Assembly (NCBI GenBank): GCA_963701625.1
Contig: CAVPAT010000005.1
Location: forward strand, 3,146-67,145
Length of the DNA stretch: 64,000 nucleotides
From: an uncultured Acidimicrobiia bacterium
GTDB lineage: Bacteria > Actinomycetota > Acidimicrobiia > IMCC26256 > JAENVU01
Reading direction: 5' to 3'
Shown: in pieces, positions 9,235 to 18,246 of the stretch
Layout of the letters: each line of letters starts with the position of its first letter
Position numbering within the stretch: position 1 is the first letter of the stretch
Notes under the pieces: generated by a model
What the model saw: the letters and a program-made list of their open reading frames with translations, nothing else
Database searches by the model: none
What the model was told of the DNA's origin: nothing
Program-made: the position numbers and the translations under genes

Positions 9235-10296
9235 TTACGGGGCGCCGAGGCGGATGAGCACCCGCTCGGCCTCGGCCATGATCGTCTCGACGATGGACTC
9301 GACCGTCGGGAGCGCGTTGATCACCCCGACCACCTGGCCGGTGGGCAGCACCCCGGCGTCGAGTGACCCGTCGACGAGCGCCGCCTTCGTGAGCATCGGC
9401 GCGTTCGCGGCCATCGCGACCTGCGCCCAACTGAGATCCTGGCTCTTTTTCATCGCGATGCCCTCTTCGGTGAGGTCTCGCAACGACCGGCCCGAGAGAC
9501 TCCGGAACCGCAGCGCGTTGGCGAGCGAACGAGGGAGGGCGGTGAGGCGACCCGAGCCTTCGAGGTGGTCCACCAGTTCGGTCCGGATCACTCTCTGGGG
9601 ATGGCCGTCGATCTGCTTGGTGACGACCGTGTCGGTCACCGTTGCCTCGAGGTAGCGCTGCTTCACCGCGTCCGGGACGTGACTCTCGGCCGACAGCAGG
9701 AAGCGAGTGCCCATCGCGACCCCGGCTGCGCCATAGGCGAGCGCGGCGACGAGCCCGCGCCCGTCGAAGAACCCGCCAGCCGCGATGACGGGGATATCCA
9801 CCGCGTCACACACCTGCGGGATCAGTAACGAGGTCGGGATCGTGCCGGTGTGCCCGCCACCTTCGGCGCCCTGGGCGATGACCGCGTCCACGCCCCACTC
9901 GGCGACCTTCTCCGCGTGACGGCGCGCCCCGACCGTCGGCATCACGACCACACCCTGGTCCTTGAGCGACTTCACCAACCGCTCCCCCGGCGCCTGGGCG
10001 AAGCTCGCGACCTTGACGCCCGTCGCGACCATGAGGTCGATACGCCGATCGATGTCGGGCTGGTCCGACCGCAGGTTCACGCCGAACGGCTTGTCCGTGC
10101 GTTCCTGCACGGACTCGATCGCCGTCGTCAGTTCGGTGAGGTCCATGGTGGCGCTGGCGAGAATGCCGAGGCCGCCGGCCACGCTCGTCGCCGCGGTGAG
10201 GTTCGCCCCCGCGACCCACCCCATGCCGGTCTGCACGATCGGGAACTCGACGCCGAACAGCTCACAGGCCGGGGTTCGCAACGCGGCGTGGGTCAT
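9235..10296 (-). CDS. ipdC: Nitronate monooxygenase-family FMN enzyme, IpdC-like acyl-CoA reductase by context
   Basis: MTHAALRTPACELFGVEFPIVQTGMGWVAGANL..GGLGILASATM..AQGAEGGGHTG..IPVIAAGG is an NMO/2-nitropropane dioxygenase fold. It lies directly downstream of the ipdAB-like genes, as in the mycobacterial KstR2 regulon order echA20-ipdA-ipdB-ipdC. Confidence 0.75.
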   Translation of the reverse strand: MTHAALRTPACELFGVEFPIVQTGMGWVAGANLTAATSVAGGLGILASATMDLTELTTAIESVQERTDKPFGVNLRSDQPDIDRRIDLMVATGVKVASFAQAPGERLVKSLKDQGVVVMPTVGARRHAEKVAEWGVDAVIAQGAEGGGHTGTIPTSLLIPQVCDAVDIPVIAAGGFFDGRGLVAALAYGAAGVAMGTRFLLSAESHVPDAVKQRYLEATVTDTVVTKQIDGHPQRVIRTELVDHLEGSGRLTALPRSLANALRFRSLSGRSLRDLTEEGIAMKKSQDLSWAQVAMAANAPMLTKAALVDGSLDAGVLPTGQVVGVINALPTVESIVETIMAEAERVLIRLGAP

Positions 10297-10423
10297 GGGA
10301 GGAATGCTTCAGCGTCGGCGGCGGGGTGCCGCCACCGAGCGAGTTCGGCTCCGAAGCGAGCCCCGCGAGCGCAGGAACGCATGTCTGAGCGAATGGCGGT
10401 ATCCCGCCGTCGACGCGTCACGA

Positions 10424-11195
10424 TCATGCCGGAGGGACTTCCTTGTCGCGCAGTCCGTGGGGGTCGATGACCTCGCGGATCGAGCGCGAGTTCGTCGGAG
10501 GTGGGGGCGCGGGTCTCGGGCACGGCGTCGGGTACCACGAGATCGAAGCCGGTGGCCTCGACGATCTCGTCGACGGTCACGCCCGGGTGGACGCTCCGCA
10601 GGCGCATGCGATGGTCGGGCGATTCGAAGTCCAGCACGCCGAGGTTGGTGACCACGTGACCGAGTTGGTGGTACCGGCCCGCTGAACCGAGCGCCGCGGC
10701 GCGGTCGTACCCGACACCGGTGACGACATCGACCTTCGGGACGAAGACCCGGGCCGTGTGGCCCGGGATCCAATAGCTCGTGCGGTTGTGGATCGTGTTG
10801 CCGGGCGCACCCCGAAAGCCCAGCAGTTGTGCCTTGGGCTTCTCCCAGTCGCCGACGAAGGCGAAGTTCTGGTTGCCGAACGCATCGATCTGGCTCGCGC
10901 CCATCATCACGTGACGTCGACCGGACCACACGACATCGAACATGGACCGGTAGGGATTCCACGCTTCGACCGTCTTGGTCTGGTCCGTCGGGCCGACCGG
11001 GTACGGACCGCCGATGAACAGCGCCTCACCGTCGGTCATCACGAGATCGGGCTCGAAGCTGGCGCGGGCGAGCCGACCGCCGATCATGGGGATCGTCCCG
11101 ATCGGATTCGCAAGGATCTCGCCGTCGCCACGGAAGCACTCCGCCACCGCGACCACGCAGTACTCCGCCCGGGTGATCAGGTCGGCGGTGTTCAC
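10424..11195 (-). CDS. ipdB: CoA-transferase beta subunit, IpdB-like; one frameshift ~20 codons before the natural stop
   Basis: The GTG at 11195 overlaps the ipdA stop (GTGA). The protein reads VNTADLITRAEYCVVAVAECFRGDGEILANPIGTIPMIGGRLAR..MMGASQIDAFGNQN... After ..APTSDELAL the sequence as given shifts frame. The corrected frame reads IREVIDPHGLRDKEVPPA-TGA (stop at 10424-10426). The annotated ORF runs on to 10293. Confidence 0.75.
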
Positions 11196-12040
11196 AACCC
11201 CACCACCTTCCGGTACTCGGCGTGGTCGCCGCAGTCGAGGTACTTCGCCTTCCAGTCCGCCCACGCCTCGGGCGTCTTGGCACTCGCCGCGTAGGCCTTC
11301 TGGAACTCCTCGTCGCGGGGGTAGTCCGGCACGCACTCGGTGAAGTGGGCCCCGAACGGTGCCTCGACGACGCCGTCGGTCATCAACCGGTTGATCCGCA
11401 GCGTCTGGACCGGACCGGCCGACGCCAGCTCATCGGTCTCCACGACCCGTTCGACGCTCATGAACCGCTGGTCCGCGGCCATGCAGAAGAGGTCGTCGAA
11501 ATAGGGGTCGACGTTGAGGTACTGCCCGTTGCCACCGCGGTCCCCACGGTGCATGTGGATCAGCGCGATGTCCATGTGCAGTGCCGGCGCCGCAACGAGT
11601 TCCTCACCGTCGTCGTACGGGGAAACGACCGTGCGGATCTCGGGCTGACGTTCCACGATGTCCGAGCCCAGACCGACCCGGGTCGGCAGGAACGGCACGC
11701 GCCAGGCGGCGGCCTGGAGTCCGAGCAGGAACATGCCTTCGTCCATCTCGAGTGTGGAGACCGCCCCGGACTGGCGGGCCTGGCGGAAATGCGGCTCGAG
11801 CGGGATCGAGTCCAGCGAACAGAACGCATAGACCGCACGCTTGACCTTGCCCGTCGCACACAGCAGGCCGAGATCCGGACCGCCGTAGGAGATGACGGTG
11901 AGATCCTTCACATCGCTCTGCGCGATCGCGCGCACCATGCTCATCGGCTTGCGGCGCGAGCCCCACCCGCCGATGCCGATGGTCATACCGTCGCGCACCT
12001 CGGCGGCGACCTCGGCTTCGGTCGTGATCTTGTCGGTCAT
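11192..12040 (-). CDS. ipdA: CoA-transferase alpha subunit, IpdA-like
   Basis: From the ATG at 12040 it reads MTDKITTEAEVAAEVRDGMTIGIGGWGSRRKPMSMVRAI..VISYGGPDLGLLC..LEMDEGMFLLGLQAAAWRVPFLPTRVGLGSD.., a glutaconate/3-oxoacid CoA-transferase A-subunit fold. Confidence 0.8.
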   Translation of the reverse strand: MTDKITTEAEVAAEVRDGMTIGIGGWGSRRKPMSMVRAIAQSDVKDLTVISYGGPDLGLLCATGKVKRAVYAFCSLDSIPLEPHFRQARQSGAVSTLEMDEGMFLLGLQAAAWRVPFLPTRVGLGSDIVERQPEIRTVVSPYDDGEELVAAPALHMDIALIHMHRGDRGGNGQYLNVDPYFDDLFCMAADQRFMSVERVVETDELASAGPVQTLRINRLMTDGVVEAPFGAHFTECVPDYPRDEEFQKAYAASAKTPEAWADWKAKYLDCGDHAEYRKVVGL

Positions 12041-12137
12041 CTCGTCCCCTCTTGGCCCTGCGGGCCGGGCCGCTCGGGCCCCGCTCGGCCGGCGCGGGCC
12101 AGGTACGCCGAAGTCGAGGCCTCGCTCACGCTCACGT

Positions 12138-12899
12138 TCACTTTGCGGTATCCGTGTCTCGCTTGGCGACGAAGGCATCACGGTGCTCGTCGGCGACGCC
12201 CGAGAGGTTCAGCTCGAAGGTGAAGCCCTGCTCGAAGCGGTAGGAACGCTTGACGTCGATCGGGTCGATGCCGTTCAGGGACTCCTTCGCCGCCCGGATC
12301 ACCGTCGGACTCTTGGCTGCGATATCCGCGGCGATCTCGAAGGCCCGGTCGCGCAGCTCCGCCCGCGGCACGACGTCGAGCACCGATCCGAAGTGGTGCA
12401 GTTCCTGCGCGGTGATCGTGGCCGCGGTGTACACCATCGCGCGCATGCGGTGCTGGGGCACGAGGCGAGCAAGGTGCGTCGCCGCACCAAGGGCCCCCCG
12501 ATCCACCTCGGGCAGCCCGAAGGTGGCGTCGTCGCTCGCGATCACGATGTCGGCATTGCCCGCCAGCCCCACGCCGCCACCGAGACAGAACCCGTTCACG
12601 GCGGCGATCACCGGCACAGCACATTCGTACACCGCGGCGAAGGCCGCGTAACAGCCCCGGTTGGCGCCGATCAGAGCGTCGAAGCCCTCGGTGTTCTGCA
12701 TCTCCTTGATGTCCACGCCGGCGTTGAACCCTTTGCCTTCGGCGCGCAGGACGACGACCCGGACCTTCGGGTCCTCGCCGAGACCTCGCAGGGTCGTCGC
12801 CAGGTCGAACCAGCCGGCCACCGTGAGGGCGTTCACCGGCGGGTTGTCCATCACCACCTCGGCGATGCCGGAGGCGTGGACGGTCGTGGTCGTGGGCAT
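12138..12899 (-). CDS. echA20: Enoyl-CoA hydratase/crotonase, EchA20-like by context
   Basis: ..VMDNPPVNALT..VVVLRAEGKGFNAGVDIKEM..PVIAAVNGFCLGGGVGLAGNADIVIASDDATFGLPEVDRGALGA.. is a crotonase fold. It is the first gene of the echA20-ipdA-ipdB-ipdC-type string. Confidence 0.8.
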   Translation of the reverse strand: MPTTTTVHASGIAEVVMDNPPVNALTVAGWFDLATTLRGLGEDPKVRVVVLRAEGKGFNAGVDIKEMQNTEGFDALIGANRGCYAAFAAVYECAVPVIAAVNGFCLGGGVGLAGNADIVIASDDATFGLPEVDRGALGAATHLARLVPQHRMRAMVYTAATITAQELHHFGSVLDVVPRAELRDRAFEIAADIAAKSPTVIRAAKESLNGIDPIDVKRSYRFEQGFTFELNLSGVADEHRDAFVAKRDTDTAK

Positions 12900-12908
12900 G
12901 GGCCAGCC

Positions 12909-12954
12909 TCGGGGAAACGACGGAATTCCTGACGGGGCGTCAGATCGGGGAAAC
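12909..12954. promoter_or_regulatory. Repeat-structured divergent promoter region between echA20 and the SDR gene
   Basis: The direct repeat TCGGGGAAAC occurs at 12909-12918 and 12945-12954. It flanks GGAATTCC and the palindrome CTGACG-GGG-CGTCAG (12929-12943), all inside the 63-bp gap between divergent start codons. Confidence 0.35.
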
Positions 12955-12962
12955 TTACAGCC

Positions 12963-13733
12963 ATGACGACTGACTGGGACATGTCGGAGCGCGCGGTGCT
13001 GGTCACGGGCGGCGGACGCGGAATCGGTCGGGGCATCACCGAGGCGTACCTCGGTGCCGGTGCGGAGGTCGTGATCTGCGGCCGCTCCGAGCCGGAGTCA
13101 CTGCCGACGGCCGGAGCTCGGACCGCGTCGTTCGTCGCCACCGATGTACGCGACCCGGATGCCGTGGCCGCGCTCGTCGACGAGACGGTCACCCGTCTCG
13201 GCCGGCTCGACGTGCTGGTCAACAACGCCGGTGGCTCACCCCCGGCCGACTCGGCCACGGTCTCGCCCAAGTTCTCCCGCTCGATCATCGAGTTGAACCT
13301 GCTGGCCCCCCTCGTATGTGCACAGCGCGCCAATGCGGTGATGCAGACCCAGGACACCGGCGGCTCGATCGTCAACATCTCGAGCGTCAGCGCGTCGCGC
13401 GCCAACCCGAACGCTGCGGCCTACGGCGCGGCGAAGGCGGGCCTGATGAATCTCACCCAGACCCTCGCGGTCGAATACGCGCCCAAGGTGCGAGTCAACA
13501 CCGTGAGTGCCGGGCTCATCCGCACCGAGCAGGCGCATCTCTTCTACGGCGACGAGGAGGGCATCGCCCGGGTCGGCGCGACCGTGCCGCTGGGGCGTAT
13601 GGGACTGCCTGCCGACATCGCCAACGCCTGTCTCTTCCTCTCCTCGGATGCGGCGGAGTACATCTCCGGCGCGGACCTGCTCGTGCACGGCGGCGGTGAG
13701 CGTCCCGCCTACCTGGACGCCGCTTCGAGCTGA
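12963..13733 (+). CDS. Short-chain dehydrogenase/reductase (SDR)
   Basis: ..RAVLVTGGGRGIGRGITEAYLGAGAEVVICGR..NNAGG..SSVSASRANPNAAAYGAAKAGL.. shows the TGxxxGxG and YxxxK motifs. Confidence 0.85.
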   Translation: MTTDWDMSERAVLVTGGGRGIGRGITEAYLGAGAEVVICGRSEPESLPTAGARTASFVATDVRDPDAVAALVDETVTRLGRLDVLVNNAGGSPPADSATVSPKFSRSIIELNLLAPLVCAQRANAVMQTQDTGGSIVNISSVSASRANPNAAAYGAAKAGLMNLTQTLAVEYAPKVRVNTVSAGLIRTEQAHLFYGDEEGIARVGATVPLGRMGLPADIANACLFLSSDAAEYISGADLLVHGGGERPAYLDAASS

Positions 13734-13788
13734 CCGACATCGCGCCAGGCGTTGACATGTGCGTCGGGTTGCCAGGAGCATGCGAGCC

Positions 13789-15678
13789 ATGACCCACCCC
13801 CTCGCCATGCTCACGCCGGACGAGATCAGCGCGGCGAGCGCCATCGCACGGGCCGACGAGCGGTTCCCGGACCCGGCGACCTTCGTCCACGTCATCCTCG
13901 ACGAGCCGACCAAGGCCGAACTCGGCGCCGGCCCGGTCGACCGCCGCGCCGCGATCCAACTCGTCAGCGGTCCTGGCGTCGGGGTGACCGAGATCGTGGT
14001 ATCGCTCACGACGTCGACGGTGCTCAGCTGGGAGTTCGTCGCCGGCGTCCGGCCGACGCTGCTGTTCGGTGAAGCCGCCAACGCGATCTTCACCACCCGT
14101 GCCCACCCCGAGTACATCGCCGCCCTGGCACGGCGCGGCATCACCGATCCCGACAGCGTGCAGATCGACCCCTGGCCCGCGGGCGCGTTCGGGTACGACG
14201 CAGAGCAGGACCGCCGGATCGCGCGGTGCATCTCGTTCCTGCGCACCGATCCGCAGGACAACGGCTACGCCCGGCCCATCGAAGGGCTCATCGTGCACTT
14301 CGACCTCGGTCGCAACGAGGTCATCGAGGTCATCGACCACGGTCCGATCACGGTGCCCACCCAGCACGCGCGTTACTTCGCGCCGGACAACGAACCGCTC
14401 CGGACCGACCTCAAGCCGATCGCCATCACCCAGCCCGACGGTCCCAGCTTCACCGTCGACGACAACTTGGTGCGATGGCAGAAGTGGTCGGTCCGCCTCG
14501 GCTTCGACCCCTACGAAGGGCTCGTTCTGCATCAGGTCAGCTACGACGACGCCGGGCGGGAGCGGTCGATCCTGCACCGCGCGTCGATCACCGAGATGGT
14601 CGTGCCCTACGGCGCGCCCGGCGAACTCCAGGGCTGGAAGAACGCGTTCGACGTGGGCGAGTGGGGGCTCGGGCGCATGACGCAATCGCTCACGCTCGGC
14701 TGCGACTGCCTCGGCGAGATCCATTACTTCGACGCCGCCATGGCCAAGGAGGACGGCGAGCCGTACGTGGTCCGCAACGCGATCTGCATGCACGAGGAGG
14801 ACTACGGGATTCTCTGGAAGCACGTGGACCTCTTCGGCGACACGAGCGAAGTGCGCCGGAGCCGCCGCCTCGCCATCAGCAACATCGCGACGGTCGGCAA
14901 CTACGAGTACGGCTTCTTCTGGTACCTCTACCTCGACGGCAACATCCAGCTCGAAGTGAAGCTCACGGGCATCGTGTCGCCGCAGGCGATCGAGCCGGGC
15001 GACGACCCCGAGTTCGCCGGCGTGGTCGCCCCCGGCGTCGCGGCGCCGAACCACCAGCACATGTTCTCGGCCCGCCTGGACTTCGACGTCGACGGCCCGA
15101 CCAACGAGATCTGGGAAGTCGACGCCGAGACGGTGCCGGCCGGACCCGACAACCCCTGGCGCAATGCGTTTCGCGCCAAGCAGACGCGGCTCGACTCCGA
15201 GCAGGTGGCCAAGCGGGAGACGAACAGCGCGACGTCCCGGTCGTGGCGCATCGTCAATCCGCAGACTCGCAACGGCCTCGGCCAGTCCACCGCGTACAAG
15301 CTGATCCCGACGATGAGCACGCCGACCCTGCTCGCCCACCCCGACTCGAGCGTGGGCCAGCGGGCCGGGTTCGCACAGCACAACCTGTGGGTCACGCCCT
15401 ACCAACCCGACGAACGTCGGGCCGCGGGGAACTACCCGAACCAGCACGAGGGCGGCGACGGGCTCCCGCGTTGGACCGCGGCGGACCGCTCACTCGTCGA
15501 CGAGGACGTCGTCGTCTGGTACAGCTTCGGCATCACCCACTTCGTGCGGCCCGAGGACTGGCCAGTGATGCCCGTGGAGTACACGGGGTTCCTGGTCAGC
15601 CCCTACGGCTTCTTCGACCGCAACCCCGCCCTCGACGTTCCCCCGTCGGACGCGTCCCACTGCCATTCCAGCGAATAG
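13789..15678 (+). CDS. Copper-containing primary amine oxidase (topaquinone enzyme)
   Basis: ..IATVGNYEYGFFWYLYLDGNIQLEVKLTGI.. contains the NYEY TPQ precursor motif. ..HQHMFSARLDFDVDG.. and ..VVWYSFGITHFVRPEDWPVMP.. contain Cu-ligand His residues. The start at ATG 13789 lies 10 nt after AGGAG. The ORF track begins at GTG 13759. Confidence 0.9.
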   Translation: MTHPLAMLTPDEISAASAIARADERFPDPATFVHVILDEPTKAELGAGPVDRRAAIQLVSGPGVGVTEIVVSLTTSTVLSWEFVAGVRPTLLFGEAANAIFTTRAHPEYIAALARRGITDPDSVQIDPWPAGAFGYDAEQDRRIARCISFLRTDPQDNGYARPIEGLIVHFDLGRNEVIEVIDHGPITVPTQHARYFAPDNEPLRTDLKPIAITQPDGPSFTVDDNLVRWQKWSVRLGFDPYEGLVLHQVSYDDAGRERSILHRASITEMVVPYGAPGELQGWKNAFDVGEWGLGRMTQSLTLGCDCLGEIHYFDAAMAKEDGEPYVVRNAICMHEEDYGILWKHVDLFGDTSEVRRSRRLAISNIATVGNYEYGFFWYLYLDGNIQLEVKLTGIVSPQAIEPGDDPEFAGVVAPGVAAPNHQHMFSARLDFDVDGPTNEIWEVDAETVPAGPDNPWRNAFRAKQTRLDSEQVAKRETNSATSRSWRIVNPQTRNGLGQSTAYKLIPTMSTPTLLAHPDSSVGQRAGFAQHNLWVTPYQPDERRAAGNYPNQHEGGDGLPRWTAADRSLVDEDVVVWYSFGITHFVRPEDWPVMPVEYTGFLVSPYGFFDRNPALDVPPSDASHCHSSE

Positions 15679-15749
15679 GCACCGGCCCCGGAGCGAGATG
15701 CAATGCCGAAGCGGGGCGGCGGCCTGCGCCGAAAGCGCGAGCGCGGGAG

Positions 15750-16526
15750 TCAAGCGTGTTGGGAGCTGACGCTGACGACTTCGCCGGTCATGTAGCTGGA
15801 GTAGTCCGACGCGAGGAACACAATCACGTTGGCGATCTCCCATGGCGCGGCCGCACGGCCGAACGCCTCCCGGGCGGTGAGTTCCTCCAGCACCTCGTCG
15901 GTCGTGACCTTCGCGAGGAAGGGGTGCATTGCCAGCGACGGCGCGACCGCGTTGATCCGCACGCCGAAGAGCGCGGCTTCCATCGCCGCGCAACGAGTCA
16001 ACGCCATGACCCCGGCCTTGGCCGCGGCGTAGTGGGCCTGACCGCGCTGCGCTCGCCATCCGAGTACCGACGCGTTGTTGACCACGACCCCCGCGTGTCT
16101 CGGCTGCATGTGGCGTAGCGCCGCGCGCACGCAGCGGAAGGTGCCGTTCAGCGTGACGTCGAGGACCTTCGCCCACTGCTCGTCCGTCATGTCCACGACG
16201 TCTGCGGTACCGCCGAGCCCGGCGTTGTTCACCACGATGTCGATCTCGCCCAGTGCGGCGGCCGCCCCGCCGAAGAGCGCTTGGACCTGCTCCTCGACGG
16301 TCACATCGCAAGGCAGCGCGGCCGCGACCCCGTCACCCAGTTGCTCAGCCGACTCGGCCAGGCGGCGTTCGTGAGCGTCGCTGATGACGACCCGCGCCCC
16401 TTCGGCGATACAACGTTCCGCGGTGGCGAACCCGATCCCCGTTCCGGCCGCCGCGGTGACGAGCACCGTCTTGCCGGCGAGCAAGCCGTGCCCGACCAGA
16501 GGTCCGGCGGGCGCTGTGGATTCCAT
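15750..16526 (-). CDS. SDR family oxidoreductase (FabG-like)
   Basis: ..KTVLVTAAAGTGIGFATAERCIAEGARVVISD..NNAGLGG..NNASVLGWRAQRGQAHYAAAKAGVMALTR.. Confidence 0.85.
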   Translation of the reverse strand: MESTAPAGPLVGHGLLAGKTVLVTAAAGTGIGFATAERCIAEGARVVISDAHERRLAESAEQLGDGVAAALPCDVTVEEQVQALFGGAAAALGEIDIVVNNAGLGGTADVVDMTDEQWAKVLDVTLNGTFRCVRAALRHMQPRHAGVVVNNASVLGWRAQRGQAHYAAAKAGVMALTRCAAMEAALFGVRINAVAPSLAMHPFLAKVTTDEVLEELTAREAFGRAAAPWEIANVIVFLASDYSSYMTGEVVSVSSQHA

Positions 16527-16529
16527 GAC

Positions 16530-17715
16530 TCAGACCACCTTCGGTTCGGGCGGCAGGCCGAGGACCCGCTCGCCGATGATGTTGCGCTGGATCTGGTTGG
16601 AGCCGCCGTAGATCGTGTCGGCCCGGGTGTAGAGGAACATTGCCTGCGCGCGGGTCAGCCCGTACGGGAACGACTCCGCCACCTCGGACCACGGCCCGAG
16701 CACCTCCATGGACAGCTCGCCCATCGAGCGATGCAGGTTGGCCCAGAAGAGCTTGCCGATCGACGTCTCGCGAGTCACGTCGCCACGGCTCAGCGCGGTC
16801 AGCCCACGCATCGCGGTGTAGCGCATGATTTCCAACTCGATCCATGTCTGCGCGAGCCGCTGACGTATGACCGGTTCACCCGCGACTCCGCGCTCGCGCG
16901 CGGTCGCCGCGATCTCGTGGAACTCGCTCACGAACCCGAGTTGCTGGCCGAGGGTCAACGCGCCGCGTTCGAATGCGAGCGTGCCCATTGCGACCTTCCA
17001 CCCGCCACCGGGTTCGCCGACCACGAGATCCGCCGCGGTGCGCGCGCCGTCGAAGAACACTTCGTTGAACTCGGAGGTCCCCGTGATCTGTTCGATCGGC
17101 CGGATCTCGATGCCCGGTTGGTCCATCGGCACGAGCAGGTAGCTGATGCCTCGATGCCGAGAGGATGCGCGGTCCGTCCGTGCGAGCACGAAACACCACT
17201 GCGACCAATGGGCCAGTGATGTCCACACCTTCTGCCCGTCGATCACCCACTCGTCGCCGTCGAGCGTGGCCCGGGTCGAGATGTTGGCAAGATCCGACCC
17301 GGCGTTGGGCTCCGAATAGCCCTGACACCACTGTTCCTCGCCGCTCGCAATGCGGGGCAGGAAGCGCGCCCGCTGCTCGTCGGTTCCGAAGTGCAGGATC
17401 GTCGGCCCGATCAGGCCTTCGCCGACCAGCCCGACCCGACCGGGGCCGCCGGCCCGCGCGTACTCCTCGTAGAAGACCACCTGTTCGAGCAACGAAGCGT
17501 CTCGACCGCCGTACTGCTCCGGCCAGGAGAGACACGTCCAACCCGCGGCACCGAGCGCGAGTTCCCATTCGCGTCGCTCCTCGAACAGCGCGTGCTCGAT
17601 CGCCGGGGCCGCCGCGACCACGCACGCCGCGAAACTCGCCCTCGAGCGCGGTGACGAGCCAGTCACGGGCCTCGGCGCGGAACGCGTCGAGTGCAGGGGT
17701 GGAACGGAGGTCCAT
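16530..17715 (-). CDS. Acyl-CoA dehydrogenase, one frameshift near codon ~30
   Basis: The N-terminus MDLRSTPALDAFRAEARDWLVTALEGEF is in ORF 16876..17715. The remainder is in ORF 16530..17666: ..CQGYSEPNAGSDLANISTRA..GQKVWTSLAHW..YTRADTIYGGSNQIQRNIIGERVLGLP. Confidence 0.8.
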
Positions 17716-17718
17716 TCG

Positions 17719-18213
17719 CTAGCGCGGTCGGTAGAAGGGGTTCCACGGATCGGTTCGAGCGACGAGAATCTCCTCCGCGTTGTCCACCGTGCGCTTCCCG
17801 TTGCGCAGTGCCTGGTGCGTCGCCTTGCGGTTGTTCTCGAAGACGGCCTTCGCGTCCGCGGCGTTCGGATCGACCCACACCGCAGTGATCAGCACCAACT
17901 CACCCAGCCAATCACCCGCGATGATCTTGTCGGCGACCGCGTCTGCAACCCCTGCGGCGACGCCCGCCTGCGCGGCGCCCCAGGTCATCTCGGCGTGACG
18001 CTCGGTGCGGATCGCCGACTTGTTCACGAACAGGGTCGGCGGCTGCACCGGCAAGCCCGGGCGTATCACGGCGACGAACGGCGCGTGACCGCGCGACGGC
18101 GAGGCCAGCGCCGAGGCCCAGGCGGTTCCCACCGGCCCGGACCGCTCGCCCAGCACGCTGTTGATGTGCGCGGCTTCCTTGCCCTCGCCGACGTAGCTCT
18201 CCCCGATCTGCAC
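17719..18213 (-). CDS. fae: Formaldehyde-activating enzyme (Fae) family protein
   Basis: (GTG)QIGESYVGEGKEAAHINSVLGERSGPVGTAW..GHAPFVAVIRPGLPVQPPTLFVNKSAI..WGAAQAGVAAGVADAVADKII..LVLITAVWVDPNAADAKAVFENNRKAT..NPFY is collinear with my recollection of Methylobacterium Fae ([25 protein letters not shown].., [44 protein letters not shown]). Confidence 0.7.
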   Translation of the reverse strand: MQIGESYVGEGKEAAHINSVLGERSGPVGTAWASALASPSRGHAPFVAVIRPGLPVQPPTLFVNKSAIRTERHAEMTWGAAQAGVAAGVADAVADKIIAGDWLGELVLITAVWVDPNAADAKAVFENNRKATHQALRNGKRTVDNAEEILVARTDPWNPFYRPR

Positions 18214-18246
18214 GCCCGCATGCTGCCAGAAACCGCGCCGGCCCGG

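Noticed and set aside
12040-12137. A KstR/KstR2-type operator in the echA20-ipdA spacer or the echA20 promoter
   Set aside because: I could not find an AnCAAGnnCTTGnT-like or TnnAACnnGTTnnA-like palindrome. Only GC-rich short repeats (CCGCTCGG) are present, and these are more likely mRNA structure.
13516-16118. Very long ORFs antisense to, or out of frame with, the amine oxidase (13516..15447 minus, 643 aa; 14226..16118 plus, 630 aa)
   Set aside because: Their products are Arg/Pro/Gly/Ala-rich low-complexity sequence, typical of wrong-frame translation of ~70% GC DNA. The amine oxidase frame carries unambiguous family motifs.
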